Notes: generated from the sequence alone by a model not told the origin. A stretch of DNA of 64,000 nt from Sulfuricurvum sp. (GCA_030696775.1 JAUYRN010000012.1:65426-129425); one strand, 5' to 3'. Positions 20,740-32,340 are shown, counted from the first letter of the stretch. Numbers and translations are program-made.

Positions 20740-22320
20740 ATGAATATCAAAGATTTTGAAAGTGTTAAAAGTGCTTTGAAAATTTCGTTTATTTACCTTG
20801 TTTTTGGATTACTTTGGATTTATTTTTCAGATTCTTTTGTAGCAGTAATATCTAAAAATGCTACGGAAATCAACCTTTTACAGAGCTACAAGGGTTGGTT
20901 TTTTATTTTGGCTACCTCTTTTTTCCTTTTTATTTTAAGCCATCGTTATTTTCATAAACGATTTATTGAGTACACGCAGTACATTAGCGAACAAAAAAAG
21001 CATGAAATTAAGATTTTTGAGGCCAAAGAACGATTAGATCGTTTAGCCCACTACGACACCCTTACCAATCTGCCTAATCGTCTCAGTTTAATCGAAAAGC
21101 TACAACTTAAAACATTCGAAATGGAAGATCACCCTTTTGCGCTGTTCTTCCTCGATTTGGATGGCTTCAAAGAAATCAATGATTCCTATGGTCACCGATT
21201 TGGAGATGAACTTTTGATTCGTGTTACCCACTTATTACAGGAAATATTTCCACCTGAAACTTTTATCGTTCGTACCGGAGGTGATGAATTTGTCGTACTG
21301 TTATCGTGTCAAAAAGAGAATAACATAATTGACTTGACTATGAATAGACTGGTAGATATTCTCAATCGACCGCTTCACATCGAAGAAACAGATGTTTATA
21401 TTACAGCAAGTATCGGCATTGCCATGTATCCAAACGATGCAAAAAATTCCGAAGAACTTCTCCAAAAAGCCGATGCTGCTATGTACAATGCAAAAAGAAT
21501 GGGTAAAAATACCTTTAGTTTCTTTACTCAGGATTTGACATTAAAAGCTCTCCAACAGACTACCATAACCACTAATTTAAAAAAGGCACTTCAGAATGGA
21601 GAGTTTAGTCTCCATTACCAACCTCAGATCGATCCTAAAAATCAAAAAATACTCGGCATGGAAGCATTAATACGATGGTTTAGCCCTACCGGTATGATTA
21701 TTCCTTCTCTCTTCATTCCAATAGCAGAAGATACGGGCCTAATTTTAGAAATTGGAGAATTTGTACTTCGTGAGGGGTGTAAAACTGCAACAAGATGGCA
21801 TAAAGAAGGAATATTACAGGGACGTATTGCCATAAATGTTTCAGCACGTCAACTGATCCATCCTAATTTTATTTCTCTATTAGATACCATAAGAGAGGAA
21901 ACACATTGTAATCCAGAGTGGATTGAATTGGAAATAACCGAAAGTTCTATTCTAGAAAAGCCAGAAAAAGTCATTGCTTTATTGTGGGTTATTAAAAGGA
22001 AAGGATTCCATATCTCGATCGATGATTTCGGTACTGGTTACTCTTCCCTTTCCTATCTCAAAAATCTTCCGATTGATAAACTAAAAATCGACATCTCATT
22101 TGTCCGAAATGTGACCCATGAACCCAAAAATCAGATCATCGTTAAAACAATTATTGCGCTGGCTAAAGGGTTAAACATGCAAGTATTAGCAGAAGGGGTA
22201 GAATCACAAGAAGAACTTGAGTTTTTACGTAAGAACGGCATTGACTCGATCCAAGGATACTACTATCATAAACCAATGGCTGCTGCTGCTATGGAAGAGC
22301 TGCTTCGTCGTACACTCTAG
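20740..22320 (+). CDS. Membrane-anchored GGDEF-EAL protein
   Basis: Two N-terminal TM helices; intact GGDEF, EAL and DDFGTGYSSL. Confidence 0.93.
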   Translation: MNIKDFESVKSALKISFIYLVFGLLWIYFSDSFVAVISKNATEINLLQSYKGWFFILATSFFLFILSHRYFHKRFIEYTQYISEQKKHEIKIFEAKERLDRLAHYDTLTNLPNRLSLIEKLQLKTFEMEDHPFALFFLDLDGFKEINDSYGHRFGDELLIRVTHLLQEIFPPETFIVRTGGDEFVVLLSCQKENNIIDLTMNRLVDILNRPLHIEETDVYITASIGIAMYPNDAKNSEELLQKADAAMYNAKRMGKNTFSFFTQDLTLKALQQTTITTNLKKALQNGEFSLHYQPQIDPKNQKILGMEALIRWFSPTGMIIPSLFIPIAEDTGLILEIGEFVLREGCKTATRWHKEGILQGRIAINVSARQLIHPNFISLLDTIREETHCNPEWIELEITESSILEKPEKVIALLWVIKRKGFHISIDDFGTGYSSLSYLKNLPIDKLKIDISFVRNVTHEPKNQIIVKTIIALAKGLNMQVLAEGVESQEELEFLRKNGIDSIQGYYYHKPMAAAAMEELLRRTL

Positions 22321-22322
22321 TT

Positions 22323-22736
22323 TTAGTCGTTCACTTTACCGCGCATCTTTTTGATATTCCCGTGCTTTGTTTTGCTGTCCATCCGTCTTTTTTGTGAATT
22401 TCTCGTCGGTTTGGTTGGTTTGCGCTTTTTCTGAACCGTCATGACACTTTTAATCAGCTCTTTGAGACGCTCTAGCGCTGCTTCTTTATTCTCTTCTTGA
22501 CTTCGGGACTCTTGGGATTTGATGTTGATGATTCCGTCTTTGGTGATCCGATGATCAGTGAGAGCTAAAAGACGTTCTTTATAAAGCTCTGGAAGTGAGG
22601 AAGCGTTGATATCAAAGCGTAAGTGAATCGCTGTCGAGACTTTATTGACATTTTGCCCGCCTGCTCCTTGCGAGCGTATTGCGGTTATTTCGATTTCGGA
22701 GTCGGGAACGGTCAGTGTACTGGATATTTCAAGCAT
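22323..22736 (-). CDS. arfB: Alternative ribosome-rescue peptidyl-tRNA hydrolase ArfB (YaeJ)
   Basis: [14 protein letters not shown] and a basic C-terminal tail. Start placed at MLEIS. Confidence 0.93.
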   Translation of the reverse strand: MLEISSTLTVPDSEIEITAIRSQGAGGQNVNKVSTAIHLRFDINASSLPELYKERLLALTDHRITKDGIINIKSQESRSQEENKEAALERLKELIKSVMTVQKKRKPTKPTRNSQKRRMDSKTKHGNIKKMRGKVND

Positions 22737-22754
22737 TATTTTGAACAATCATAT

Positions 22755-23618
22755 TTAGGAGTCTTGCTTCTTACGGCTGACGTAGTTTAATATTGCCATC
22801 GAAACAATCAAAATACCGACTCCGCTGATGAGATAGAAAGCATAATTCATGTTACGGATGTCGTCAATCGCTACTTTAAATACGACCATAAGTGATTCGA
22901 TAGAGAGGGCGATGATGATCGAAGTGAGGAATTTGGTGAGGGTTTTGTATTCGCTCCCTTCTTCTAGCGTCAATGAGCGGTAGAAAACTTCCTGTTCCAA
23001 AATCGTTTTTGCTAAATCATAGATTGCAATCGCAAGGGTTATCCCGATAATGGATTTGAAGACATAATGGAGTGTTTCATCTCCGAAATATATCACCGCT
23101 TTTACAAATCCGATCAGTCCATAGATGCCTAAAAATAATGCCAATAAGACTAATCCTCCACCCAACAATGCGTATACCCAAACTGATAGTTTGGAAATGA
23201 GGCGATTGCTGTCGATCAAATGCATTTTAGTCAAGACCGCAACAACATCCAAATCAAATACAGCAATCTTCCCATCAGGATATTTACGTGCAATTGAGAC
23301 TTTTGGCTGACCGCTGTTGGCACAGATATAGGGACTGGAAATATAGTTACCGTTCTCATTAAACTGGATACGGTTGATAAAATATCCTCTATCCGTCCCT
23401 TTCATGCTCATATCATGACTTTTTCTTCGCCACGTTGGGGTAATTTGTTCCCCATTTTCGTCAATCAGATACATATCGCTCAAACAAGGGAGACGTTTAA
23501 AGAAGTTTCGTACCTGTCCATCGTCCAAATCTTGGTGAGGGTTGTCACTGATCGTGGTCAGTAAAAACCCCTCTACTGCTTCTCGGTTATCACGATATAT
23601 CTGCATCATCTGTTTCAT
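22755..23618 (-). CDS. PDC/Cache-like sensor domain plus C-terminal PsiE-like membrane domain
   Basis: Cache-like DRGYF..YISSPYI segment, then four TM helices with IIIALSIESLM. Confidence 0.6.
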   Translation of the reverse strand: MKQMMQIYRDNREAVEGFLLTTISDNPHQDLDDGQVRNFFKRLPCLSDMYLIDENGEQITPTWRRKSHDMSMKGTDRGYFINRIQFNENGNYISSPYICANSGQPKVSIARKYPDGKIAVFDLDVVAVLTKMHLIDSNRLISKLSVWVYALLGGGLVLLALFLGIYGLIGFVKAVIYFGDETLHYVFKSIIGITLAIAIYDLAKTILEQEVFYRSLTLEEGSEYKTLTKFLTSIIIALSIESLMVVFKVAIDDIRNMNYAFYLISGVGILIVSMAILNYVSRKKQDS

Positions 23619-23771
23619 TGGCTATGTTCCGATTTATAAAGTTGTTTAGTGTACCCAAATCGCTTATGTGATGTCAAAAAAATACTAAGTATGCATCATC
23701 TCATTAATATATGTTATTATTAATAATAACATAAAATGTACGACTCAAACTATTTTAGAAAGAGGTGATTT

Positions 23772-24248
23772 ATGACTTATCCAGAACATCTAAAAAAAGA
23801 TTTTGGACAAATAGCTGAAAATATGGGAATCAATATTTTAGAATTGACTGTTGTAAGGATGAGATCAGGCAGTGATGAGCGGCATAAAAATTTAGAGCTT
23901 CTTCAAGGCAGCTGGGATAAAAAGTATCCGTGGATAATTCTTGACGATGAAGATAATATCTATACACTCTCAACGGCTGAATCGCTCACACAGATGGTTC
24001 GATTTTTGACCTCTGCACAGAGTGAAAACTTTAAGCTTAAACTTGAAAAAGTGATTTGGCAGCATCTACCGATCGATTTTAATGACGTATGGGAAGTTGC
24101 CATGGATCGAATACGTACACTTGCGCTAGGCCGTCCTGAGAGTACTGTAGTAAATCTTGATCTGAATTGGCTTCTTAATGAGATCAAACAAAAATATCCA
24201 AATCTTTTTTACCATCTTGACCAAATAATCGCACAGGAAAAAAAATAA
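23772..24248 (+). CDS. DUF2603 family protein
   Basis: FKLKLEKVIWQHLPIDFNDVWEVAMD and IKQKYPNLF match my recollection of this Campylobacterota family. Confidence 0.75.
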   Translation: MTYPEHLKKDFGQIAENMGINILELTVVRMRSGSDERHKNLELLQGSWDKKYPWIILDDEDNIYTLSTAESLTQMVRFLTSAQSENFKLKLEKVIWQHLPIDFNDVWEVAMDRIRTLALGRPESTVVNLDLNWLLNEIKQKYPNLFYHLDQIIAQEKK

Positions 24249-24258
24249 AGAATTTTAT

Positions 24259-24759
24259 ATGATACGTCTTTTCCTAGCCGTTCCAGTACGTCTTTACAAC
24301 TATGAACGAATTAAACAAGAATTTAGCCCACTGCTTGAAGGAAGATGGAGAGAAGAAGATTATCTTCATGCTACGATCGCTTTTTTTGGTCATCAATTTC
24401 AGCAGGATATACTGATCGATAAGCTTTGTGACTTTGATTGGTCATTTAAACCATCCGAATTAACAAAATTCGATTATTTTTCTGCAAGCCGCGTATTTGT
24501 AGCAACAACACAAAACCATACTCTGCAAATTCTTTATGACCGACTTGCACTTTTTCTTGGGCTTGAACCTATTGAATTAAATCCTCATGTCACTATGATA
24601 CGGGTTAAGAAAATCAATGACTCCGATATTTTCACCCATCTCCTCACAAATCCTCCATGTGAAACGATTGGTATTCTTGAATCTAAAATAGCCCTCTACA
24701 AAAGTGTTCTTCACAGTGATGGAGCACACTATGAAATAGTGAAGGAGTGGGCACTATAA
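24259..24759 (+). CDS. thpR: RNA 2',3'-cyclic phosphodiesterase (2H family)
   Basis: MIRLFLA N-terminus and two HxT motifs (HATI, HVTM). Confidence 0.85.
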   Translation: MIRLFLAVPVRLYNYERIKQEFSPLLEGRWREEDYLHATIAFFGHQFQQDILIDKLCDFDWSFKPSELTKFDYFSASRVFVATTQNHTLQILYDRLALFLGLEPIELNPHVTMIRVKKINDSDIFTHLLTNPPCETIGILESKIALYKSVLHSDGAHYEIVKEWAL

Positions 24760-24820
24760 TCATTTTTTATCTTTTTCCATATCACGAAGTAAAAATGGAA
24801 TAAAAATCAAAATACTGACG

Positions 24821-24846
24821 AAGAAAAAGCGTAAAATTTTTACGCT
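24821..24846 (-). terminator. Intrinsic terminator of the lipoyl/ATPase operon
   Basis: AGCGTAAAA/TTTTACGCT stem followed by a T-run on the minus strand. Confidence 0.65.
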
Positions 24847-24867
24847 GAATAAAGATCAATTAAATAA

Positions 24868-27477
24868 TTACCGGCTGCGTTTTTTATTCCAATACCGTAT
24901 TAACACTTTACGAGTCTCTTCTGCCAATAAAACAATCACCGTCACGCCTGTAACTGCCCACCAATAAGCTGGATCAAATGCGGCGGTTCCAAACAGTGTG
25001 CTCAAAGGAGGAAAGAAAATAAGCAAGAGCAAAAGAAGCAATTCGACAACAACACCGATCCAATAATATCCATTTTTCCACCATCCGATTTTCCATAAGG
25101 ATTCTCGAGTGCTTCGGCAAGAAAGACCGTTGGCAATCTGTGCAAAAACGATTGCGGCAAACGTCAGGGTTGTTGCTTGAAGATACAATGGATTAGTCCA
25201 ATCTAACGGTTCTCCATTCCAACCATGAGCTTTGAGATAGATCCAAAAAAGTCCCATCGACAATACCGCAGTAATCATTCCCAAAAAACCAAAAGCACGT
25301 AAATAGACACCAACGTTTAATATCCGTTCTTTTTTACTTCTAGGTCCCTGATTCATTAACCCCTCATGAGGAAGTTCTACCCCCAATGCCAATCCAGGCA
25401 TAATATCCGTCCCCAGATCAATTGCCAAAACAAGCGGAACCGGAAGTGCCAGAGGAAGTCCCATCCAAAAAAAGAAGACATACGGAACCGCTTCAGGAAG
25501 ATTACTGGAGAGCATGTAGGTAATAAAGCGTCGTATGTTTTCATAGACAGTACGCCCCTCTTCTATTCCTTTGACTATCGTTGCAAAATGATCATCCATC
25601 AGCACAGCATCTGCTGATTGTTTTGCCACATCCGTCCCTGATCCCATTGCAATTCCTACATCAGCTTTTTTAAGAGCAGGAGCATCATTAACTCCATCAC
25701 CCGTTACGGCAACCGTGTCTCCCATCTCTTTTAGCAATGTTACAAGATAGAGTTTTTGTTCTGGCGAGACACGTGCAAAGACATGATTATTCCGCAACAG
25801 TCTTTTAATGGCTGAGGGTGGTAATTTATCAAGATATTCCCCCGTTGTTACCTCAGTACTTTTTATAATAATTTTCGCACTCATCCCGATTGCTCCAGCA
25901 GTTAGCGGATGATCTCCCGTAATCATCAGCACTCTGATACCTGCTTTATGGCATAACTCAACGGCTTCTGTAATATCGTCACGTAAAGGATCAACCATCG
26001 CGATAAAACCAATAAAAATCAAAGCACTTTCAGCCTCTTCTCGTGACGTTGGCAATGTGTCGCACTCACGTTTGGCAAAACCGATGACACGATACCCGCA
26101 TGCTGCCATCGTGTCATGTTTTTCCATCAGTTTTTGATATTCATCCTCCAGTATCACTTTCTTCCCATTTTGAGTATAAACCTCATCACACAACTGTAAA
26201 ATTACTTCGGGTGCCCCTTTGCAAAGAACAGAAAAACCTTTTTTATTCGAGTGTACCGTGCTCATCCGTTTGAGATGATAATCAAACGGATAGTCATTCA
26301 CGAGAGGATAGACACTGCGACGTGATTCAATATCGATATAGTTAACCGCAAATTTATAAAGAGCCTGTTCTACAGGATCTCCACTGTTCGCGTCGGCAAG
26401 ATTACATAATAAAGCAGCATCGAGAAGTTCTGGCGAAGGATCTTGTGTCTCATCCTCTGCCCATGCAGCTACTTCCATCTTATTTTGCGTTATTGTTCCT
26501 GTTTTATCAGTTGCAATCACCGTCACAGCACCCAAATTTTCAATAACAGAGAGACCGTTGACCAAAAATCCTTTAGACGCCATCCGCTGCGCACCAAACG
26601 CCAATGCTAAAGTCACAGTCGGTAAAAGTCCCTCCGGTATCAAAGCGACCAAAACTCCCAATGCAAACAAAAAAGTTTTCCACAGCTCAAATCCTCCGGC
26701 TTGGGTTGCGATAAGAATCAAACTCCCTGCAATCACCAACGATGTCAAAGCAATGACTTTGGATATATGGGCAATCTCTTTTTGCAAATGACTCACACCC
26801 GAATCCACCGTTTGGGTCAACGCCGCTATTGTTCCATATCGGCTTTCCTTGCCTGTGGCGAACACCAAACCTCTGGCTTCACCTTTGACAACATACGTTC
26901 CTGAATAGAGGATATTTTTTTTATGATCGCTCTCGAGTGTATCTGCAAAAACCAATTCGCTCTCTCCGGTTAGAGTGCTTTCATTGACCCATACATCGGA
27001 TGCATGAATGATGTACACATCTGCAGGAACCTTATCTCCCTCTTTAAGGATTACAACATCACCAGGGACAAGCTGGGTTGCTAATACCATACGTTCGCTG
27101 CCTTGACGGCATACCATCACTTTTAGGGGAAGCATATTTCGCAAAGCTTCCAAACTTTTTTCGGTGCGATACTCTTGATAAAAACCAAATGCCCCATTCA
27201 AAACGATCACAATGACAATAGCCCATCCGATCGGTAACATATTGGAAGCGGGGTCAAACCAAGCTGCCGCAAAACTGATGGCCGCAGCAGCCCAGAGCAA
27301 AAGAGCAAAAAAATGGGTAAATTGTACTGCTAATTTAAAATACCATGGTCTCGTAGGAATAGAAGGAAGGAGATTCAACCCGTGCTGAAGCTGTCTTCGT
27401 TTGACCTCATCCTCTGTTAAACCCTTATTCGAAGAGCTAAACGTTAAAAATACTTCCGAAAGCGTCATCGAATTCAT
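24868..27477 (-). CDS. Cation-transporting P-type ATPase (type II, IIC-like)
   Basis: TGES, PEGL, DKTGT, KGAPE, MITGDH, GDGVND and IDLGTD. Confidence 0.93.
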   Translation of the reverse strand: MNSMTLSEVFLTFSSSNKGLTEDEVKRRQLQHGLNLLPSIPTRPWYFKLAVQFTHFFALLLWAAAAISFAAAWFDPASNMLPIGWAIVIVIVLNGAFGFYQEYRTEKSLEALRNMLPLKVMVCRQGSERMVLATQLVPGDVVILKEGDKVPADVYIIHASDVWVNESTLTGESELVFADTLESDHKKNILYSGTYVVKGEARGLVFATGKESRYGTIAALTQTVDSGVSHLQKEIAHISKVIALTSLVIAGSLILIATQAGGFELWKTFLFALGVLVALIPEGLLPTVTLALAFGAQRMASKGFLVNGLSVIENLGAVTVIATDKTGTITQNKMEVAAWAEDETQDPSPELLDAALLCNLADANSGDPVEQALYKFAVNYIDIESRRSVYPLVNDYPFDYHLKRMSTVHSNKKGFSVLCKGAPEVILQLCDEVYTQNGKKVILEDEYQKLMEKHDTMAACGYRVIGFAKRECDTLPTSREEAESALIFIGFIAMVDPLRDDITEAVELCHKAGIRVLMITGDHPLTAGAIGMSAKIIIKSTEVTTGEYLDKLPPSAIKRLLRNNHVFARVSPEQKLYLVTLLKEMGDTVAVTGDGVNDAPALKKADVGIAMGSGTDVAKQSADAVLMDDHFATIVKGIEEGRTVYENIRRFITYMLSSNLPEAVPYVFFFWMGLPLALPVPLVLAIDLGTDIMPGLALGVELPHEGLMNQGPRSKKERILNVGVYLRAFGFLGMITAVLSMGLFWIYLKAHGWNGEPLDWTNPLYLQATTLTFAAIVFAQIANGLSCRSTRESLWKIGWWKNGYYWIGVVVELLLLLLLIFFPPLSTLFGTAAFDPAYWWAVTGVTVIVLLAEETRKVLIRYWNKKRSR

Positions 27478-27496
27478 ACATTTACCTCATATTTTT

Positions 27497-28843
27497 TTAT
27501 AAATACCTAAAGATTTCAGAGACACTCGGGTGGACATGGATCATATTTATAATCTCCTTTGAAGTGAGTTTTTTCTCAACTGCCACGACCATTTCATGAA
27601 TTATTTCCGTTGCTTCCGATCCAATGATGCCTACACCTAAAATCACATCGCTCTGTGCACAGACAATCATCTTCACAAATCCGGAATCATCTCCTTTGAT
27701 CTTTGCTTTTGCATTGGCTTTGAAAAAAGCTTTTTTTATCTGTATTGATTTTCCTTGCTCATTTGCTTCTTTTTCACTCAGCCCGCAGCTTGCGATTTGA
27801 GGATTTGAGAAGACAGTGGAAGGATTAATATGGTCGTTGCATTCCGTACCGCCGCTAATGAGGTTACGAGCGGCGATTTTTGCTTCGCAGTATGCAGTAT
27901 GGGCATACGCCGGTGTGTCGATGCAGTCACCTAGTGCATAAATGTTTGGCTGGATGGTTTGAAAGGAATCATTAACACGGATGAAACCTTTGTGAGACAA
28001 TTGTACTCCTGCATTTTCAAGATGAAGTTCTTGGGTATACGGGTCTCGACCGATTGCGCTCAGTACGAGTTCGCACTCAATATCCTCTTCAGTTTGTCCC
28101 TGAACTCTCAATGTTACACTTTCAGTATGCACGTAAACTTTTAAAATCGATGTAGAGGTCATGACAATGATACCGGATTTTTTAAAAGCCCGTACCAAAG
28201 TCTTGGATATGTCTTCATCTTCACCGGAAAGGAGTTGAGTACCACGCGCTATGAGCGTCACATTGACTCCAAAAGAATTAAAAAATGTCGCAAATTCGCA
28301 TCCGATAGCTCCCCCTCCGATTATAACAATCGATTTAGGGAAAGTGGTCAGTTCAAATACCTCACGGCTGGAAAGGATACGTTTACCGTCTAGAGGAAGC
28401 AGTGGCATTTCTCGAACTTTCGCACCTGTAGCGATAATACACTTCTCAAAACCGATTTTCTCACCTGAGACATCAATCGTATGAAAGTCTATAAATGTTG
28501 CTTCGCCATAAAGTGTTTCAACCCCTACTTGATCCAGTAACCAAACTACACCTGAACGCAGCTCATTTTTAAGTGCTATAGTTCTCTCTCGAAGATGCTC
28601 CAAATCCAATCCGTTGACCTGCACGTCCAATCCGCAGTCGGAAAAATAGGAAGCTTTTGACGCATACGAAGCACTCTCCAAATAATTTTTGGTTGAAATA
28701 CACCCCTCATTTAGACACGTTCCCCCGATACGTTCTTTGCTTTTGTCAATCAGCAGGGTTTTTAGCCCTGCACCTCCCAGCTCAATGGCCGCTTCATATC
28801 CTCCTGGTCCTGCTCCGATTACGATTGCGTCATACTGTTTCAT
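27497..28843 (-). CDS. lpdA: Dihydrolipoyl dehydrogenase (E3)
   Basis: GAGPGG, GGTCLNEGC redox disulfide, GGGAIG and HPSVSE. Confidence 0.93.
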   Translation of the reverse strand: MKQYDAIVIGAGPGGYEAAIELGGAGLKTLLIDKSKERIGGTCLNEGCISTKNYLESASYASKASYFSDCGLDVQVNGLDLEHLRERTIALKNELRSGVVWLLDQVGVETLYGEATFIDFHTIDVSGEKIGFEKCIIATGAKVREMPLLPLDGKRILSSREVFELTTFPKSIVIIGGGAIGCEFATFFNSFGVNVTLIARGTQLLSGEDEDISKTLVRAFKKSGIIVMTSTSILKVYVHTESVTLRVQGQTEEDIECELVLSAIGRDPYTQELHLENAGVQLSHKGFIRVNDSFQTIQPNIYALGDCIDTPAYAHTAYCEAKIAARNLISGGTECNDHINPSTVFSNPQIASCGLSEKEANEQGKSIQIKKAFFKANAKAKIKGDDSGFVKMIVCAQSDVILGVGIIGSEATEIIHEMVVAVEKKLTSKEIINMIHVHPSVSEIFRYL

Positions 28844-29697
28844 TTTGTCTCCAAATATTCATGTGCCATATAGCTACTGCGAGTATAAGGCGAGCTTTTG
28901 ATATGCGAAAATCCCATTTCCATACCACGATTCTTGAGATACTCAAACCGTTTTGGCTCCACATACTCTACAACAGCTTCATGTTTATGCGAGGGGGAAA
29001 GATACTGACCGATACTCAAATAGCGACAGCCTGCCTCCCATAAATCTTCCATAAGCCTCAACACCTCATCATCACGCTCACCAAATCCCAGCATTATGCC
29101 GCTTTTGATTGCGATGTCAGGATTCAGAATGTGAAGAGTCCCCAATACACGAAGCGAACATTCATAATCAGAGCCTTTGCGTACATGATAGAGTCTCGGT
29201 ACCGTCTCGATGTTATGTCCGATAATCTCTGCACCGCTATGTACTATACGCTCAAGTGCCAATAGATTTTCTTTCATATCAGGTATCAGCAGCTCTACGA
29301 GAATAGAATCATCCAATGCTTTTATCGCACGAACCGTTTTATAAAAATGATCGGCTCCTCCGTCACTCAAATCATCACGCGTTGAACTGGTAATGACCAC
29401 ATGCCTTAATCCCAGATGTAAAACCGTTTGTGCGACATTCTCAGGTTCATAAGGGTTTAAAGCCAATGGAATTCCTCTGCTGACAGCACAAAAACTGCAA
29501 GCACGCGTACAAATCGTCCCTAAAATCATAAAGCTTGCCACATTTTTACTAAAACACTCACCGATATTAGGACACATCGCCTCTTCACAAATGGTATGAA
29601 CACGTCCTTGTGACAATACTCTCTCCATTGCACTTTGATCGCTCATCTTTATCTTTTTACGAAGCCAAAGTGGTTTATAACTGAGTGCTTTTTCCAT
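28840..29697 (-). CDS. lipA: Lipoyl synthase
   Basis: CEEAMCPNIGEC, CTRACSFC and RSSY. Start adjusted; the ORF track gives 29733. Confidence 0.95.
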   Translation of the reverse strand: MEKALSYKPLWLRKKIKMSDQSAMERVLSQGRVHTICEEAMCPNIGECFSKNVASFMILGTICTRACSFCAVSRGIPLALNPYEPENVAQTVLHLGLRHVVITSSTRDDLSDGGADHFYKTVRAIKALDDSILVELLIPDMKENLLALERIVHSGAEIIGHNIETVPRLYHVRKGSDYECSLRVLGTLHILNPDIAIKSGIMLGFGERDDEVLRLMEDLWEAGCRYLSIGQYLSPSHKHEAVVEYVEPKRFEYLKNRGMEMGFSHIKSSPYTRSSYMAHEYLETK

Positions 29698-30469
29698 GTA
29701 CATTCCAGCTTTCTTGAGTATATTTGTCCGCATTTAATTGCGTGGCGCGTTGCATTTGCAATACAGTTAGAGAATCCGTCACGAGCTCAACAGCAAACGT
29801 TTCACAAAATGATTTTCGTACCAATGTCGAAAGCTCCTCGTACGAGATAAGAGTTCCCAACTTCTCCAACGTTGCCGCCTTGTCCAATCCTGACTCTTCC
29901 AAAAAAAGCGGTTTAAAAAAAGGTTCATCGATTCTCATAGGGATACTTCCGTGCTGGAATACAGCATCTCTCGTATAACGCTGTGCATTTCCTCCCATCT
30001 TTTTTCCCTCGATTACAATATCATAGGGTTCAATTCCTGAAAGACATAGGTTTGAGCGTTGTTCATTGAGCTGAAGATCACACGCAAATCGAGCCTCAAA
30101 TCCTAGCTTTTGATACAAAGCGATGAGAAACTCACACACATAGCGATAATTTTCTTTGACCGCTGTGCCTCTCATCCAACTACGCGGGAGGATGAGAGTG
30201 TATGAGAGATCACCGCCATGGATCAAAATTCCACCGCCACTCATACGCCGAACGCACGAAATATTTTTTGCCCGAATATTTTCAGGATGCAGATTCTCTA
30301 TAAAAGTTGAAAAACGTCCGAGACTCAGTGACTTTTCCCATCCATAAAGTCGAATGATCGGCATATCCCCGTCTTTAAACTCATCTAAAAGAGTTTGATC
30401 TACCGCCATATTCCACGTAGCTTTTCCCATCCCTGTGTCGAGAAAACGCCATGCAGTATGCGTCATCAT
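29675..30469 (-). CDS. Lipoate-protein ligase / octanoyltransferase family (LplA/LipM-like)
   Basis: NMAVD, RRMSGGG..H..D, KKMGGNAQ and QHGSI. Confidence 0.88.
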   Translation of the reverse strand: MMTHTAWRFLDTGMGKATWNMAVDQTLLDEFKDGDMPIIRLYGWEKSLSLGRFSTFIENLHPENIRAKNISCVRRMSGGGILIHGGDLSYTLILPRSWMRGTAVKENYRYVCEFLIALYQKLGFEARFACDLQLNEQRSNLCLSGIEPYDIVIEGKKMGGNAQRYTRDAVFQHGSIPMRIDEPFFKPLFLEESGLDKAATLEKLGTLISYEELSTLVRKSFCETFAVELVTDSLTVLQMQRATQLNADKYTQESWNVHGKSTQL

Positions 30470-30577
30470 GATTGCGTCCTTCTACTTCATTTTTTTATCA
30501 CTAATTTAGACTATACTTTTTTTAATCGCCCTTGATTTTATCAGAGAGAACGAAGTTTTAAATGAGGTAGCTATACG

Positions 30578-32329
30578 ATGAAGAAAAATTGGATCGAAAA
30601 AAATTTGAACGCTTTTTCTATCAAACCAAATTTGATGGAGTACTTCCATGAACGGGAATCTTTCAATTGGGAAAATGTGGCTAAAGAGTTTGATGGACTA
30701 GACTCAGGTGGGCTCAATATCGCGCATGAAGCCATTGACCGCCATGCCAATGGTCCACTTTGCGATAAAGCAGCATTGATATGGCTGGGAGAAAACGGTG
30801 AGAAAAAAATCTATTCTTTTAGCGATATAAAAAAACAAAGCGCCAAATTTGCCAACGTACTCCAATCTCTTGGAATTTCCAAAGGGGAGCGAATATTTAC
30901 CCTCTCTACACGGTTGCCTGAACTTTACATTGCTGCTATTGGAATTCTAAAAAACCGCAGTGTTCTTTGTCCACTTTTTTCCCAATTCGGTCCCGAACCG
31001 ATATTACAACGGATGCAGAGGGGTGATGGCAAAGTTCTTCTGACAACCAAGGCACTTTTTGAAAAAAAAGTCCGTCCTCTGATGAAACAATTGAATGATC
31101 TTCGCTATGTACTCTTGATCGATGCCCAAGAAGATGAGAGTGAACGTATTCTCTCCCTCCCTCGCCTGATGGAAAAAGCCGCTGACTCCTTTACAATACT
31201 TCCCACGGATCCTGAAGATATGTCCTTGCTACACTTCACAAGCGGGACGACGGGTATGCCAAAAGGGGTAGTCCATGTCCACAAAGCACTTTACAATCAC
31301 TGGATGAGCGGTCGGTATGTTCTCGATTTTCATCCTGATGATGTTTACTGGTGCACCGCCGATCCGGGATGGGTGACGGGAACCTCGTATGGGATAATCA
31401 CCCCTTGGCTGCATGGCATTACCAACATCGTCGATGAAGCCGAATTTGATGCCGTGCGATGGTACAGTGTTTTGCAAAATGAGAAAGTCACAGTTTGGTA
31501 TACGGCACCAACAGCGATCAGACGGTTAATGAGACTGAATAATGAACCGACTAAAGAATACGATCTTTCTCATTTACGCCTCATCCAAAGTGTCGGTGAA
31601 CCGCTCAATCCTGAAGCAGTCGTGTGGGGAGTTGAAAAGCTAAAAATGCCGATCCATGATAACTGGTGGCAAACGGAGACAGGCGCAATCATGATAGCCA
31701 ACTTCCTCTCCCAACAAATACGCGCAGGTTCCATGGGACGACCGCTTCCGGGAATCGAAGCATCCATTGTCCATCACAATGATGATGGTACTGTTACGGA
31801 AGTTACCGAACCAAACAAAGAAGGAGAACTCGCACTCAAACCGGAATGGCCCTCCATGTTTCGTAACTATCTTCACGACGATGAACGCTATGCCAAGTGT
31901 TTTGTCGGAGGTTGGTACCTCTCCGGAGATCTCGCATACAAAGATGAAGATGGCTATTTCTGGTTTGTCGGGCGCAGTGATGACATCATAAAAACTTCCG
32001 GTCACATGGTAGGGCCGTTTGAAGTGGAAAGCTGCTTGATGGAACATCCCGCAGTTGCAGAAGCGGGCGTTATCGGTAAACCGGATGCGATGATAGGACA
32101 ATTGGTCAAAGCTTTTGTTTCTTTAAAAACTGGGGTTGAGCCAAGCGAAGAACTTAAACGCGAACTAATCGGATTTGGGCGCAAGAGACTGGGCAGTGCC
32201 GTAGCACCCAAAGAGATAGAATTTACTCCAAACATACCAAAAACACGAAGCGGAAAAATCATGAGGCGTTTACTAAAATCACGAGAAATGGGATTGCCTG
32301 AGGGTGATACCTCCACATTAGAAGATTAA
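30578..32329 (+). CDS. acsA: Acetate--CoA ligase (AMP-forming)
   Basis: [35 protein letters not shown] and TRSGKIMRR. Confidence 0.92.
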   Translation: MKKNWIEKNLNAFSIKPNLMEYFHERESFNWENVAKEFDGLDSGGLNIAHEAIDRHANGPLCDKAALIWLGENGEKKIYSFSDIKKQSAKFANVLQSLGISKGERIFTLSTRLPELYIAAIGILKNRSVLCPLFSQFGPEPILQRMQRGDGKVLLTTKALFEKKVRPLMKQLNDLRYVLLIDAQEDESERILSLPRLMEKAADSFTILPTDPEDMSLLHFTSGTTGMPKGVVHVHKALYNHWMSGRYVLDFHPDDVYWCTADPGWVTGTSYGIITPWLHGITNIVDEAEFDAVRWYSVLQNEKVTVWYTAPTAIRRLMRLNNEPTKEYDLSHLRLIQSVGEPLNPEAVVWGVEKLKMPIHDNWWQTETGAIMIANFLSQQIRAGSMGRPLPGIEASIVHHNDDGTVTEVTEPNKEGELALKPEWPSMFRNYLHDDERYAKCFVGGWYLSGDLAYKDEDGYFWFVGRSDDIIKTSGHMVGPFEVESCLMEHPAVAEAGVIGKPDAMIGQLVKAFVSLKTGVEPSEELKRELIGFGRKRLGSAVAPKEIEFTPNIPKTRSGKIMRRLLKSREMGLPEGDTSTLED

Positions 32330-32340
32330 AAGGAGAAAAA

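Noticed and set aside
30532-30544. TTGAT-TTT-ATCAG in the lplA/acsA divergent spacer as an FNR/CRP box
   Set aside because: The spacer is 3 nt rather than 4 and the right half is imperfect.
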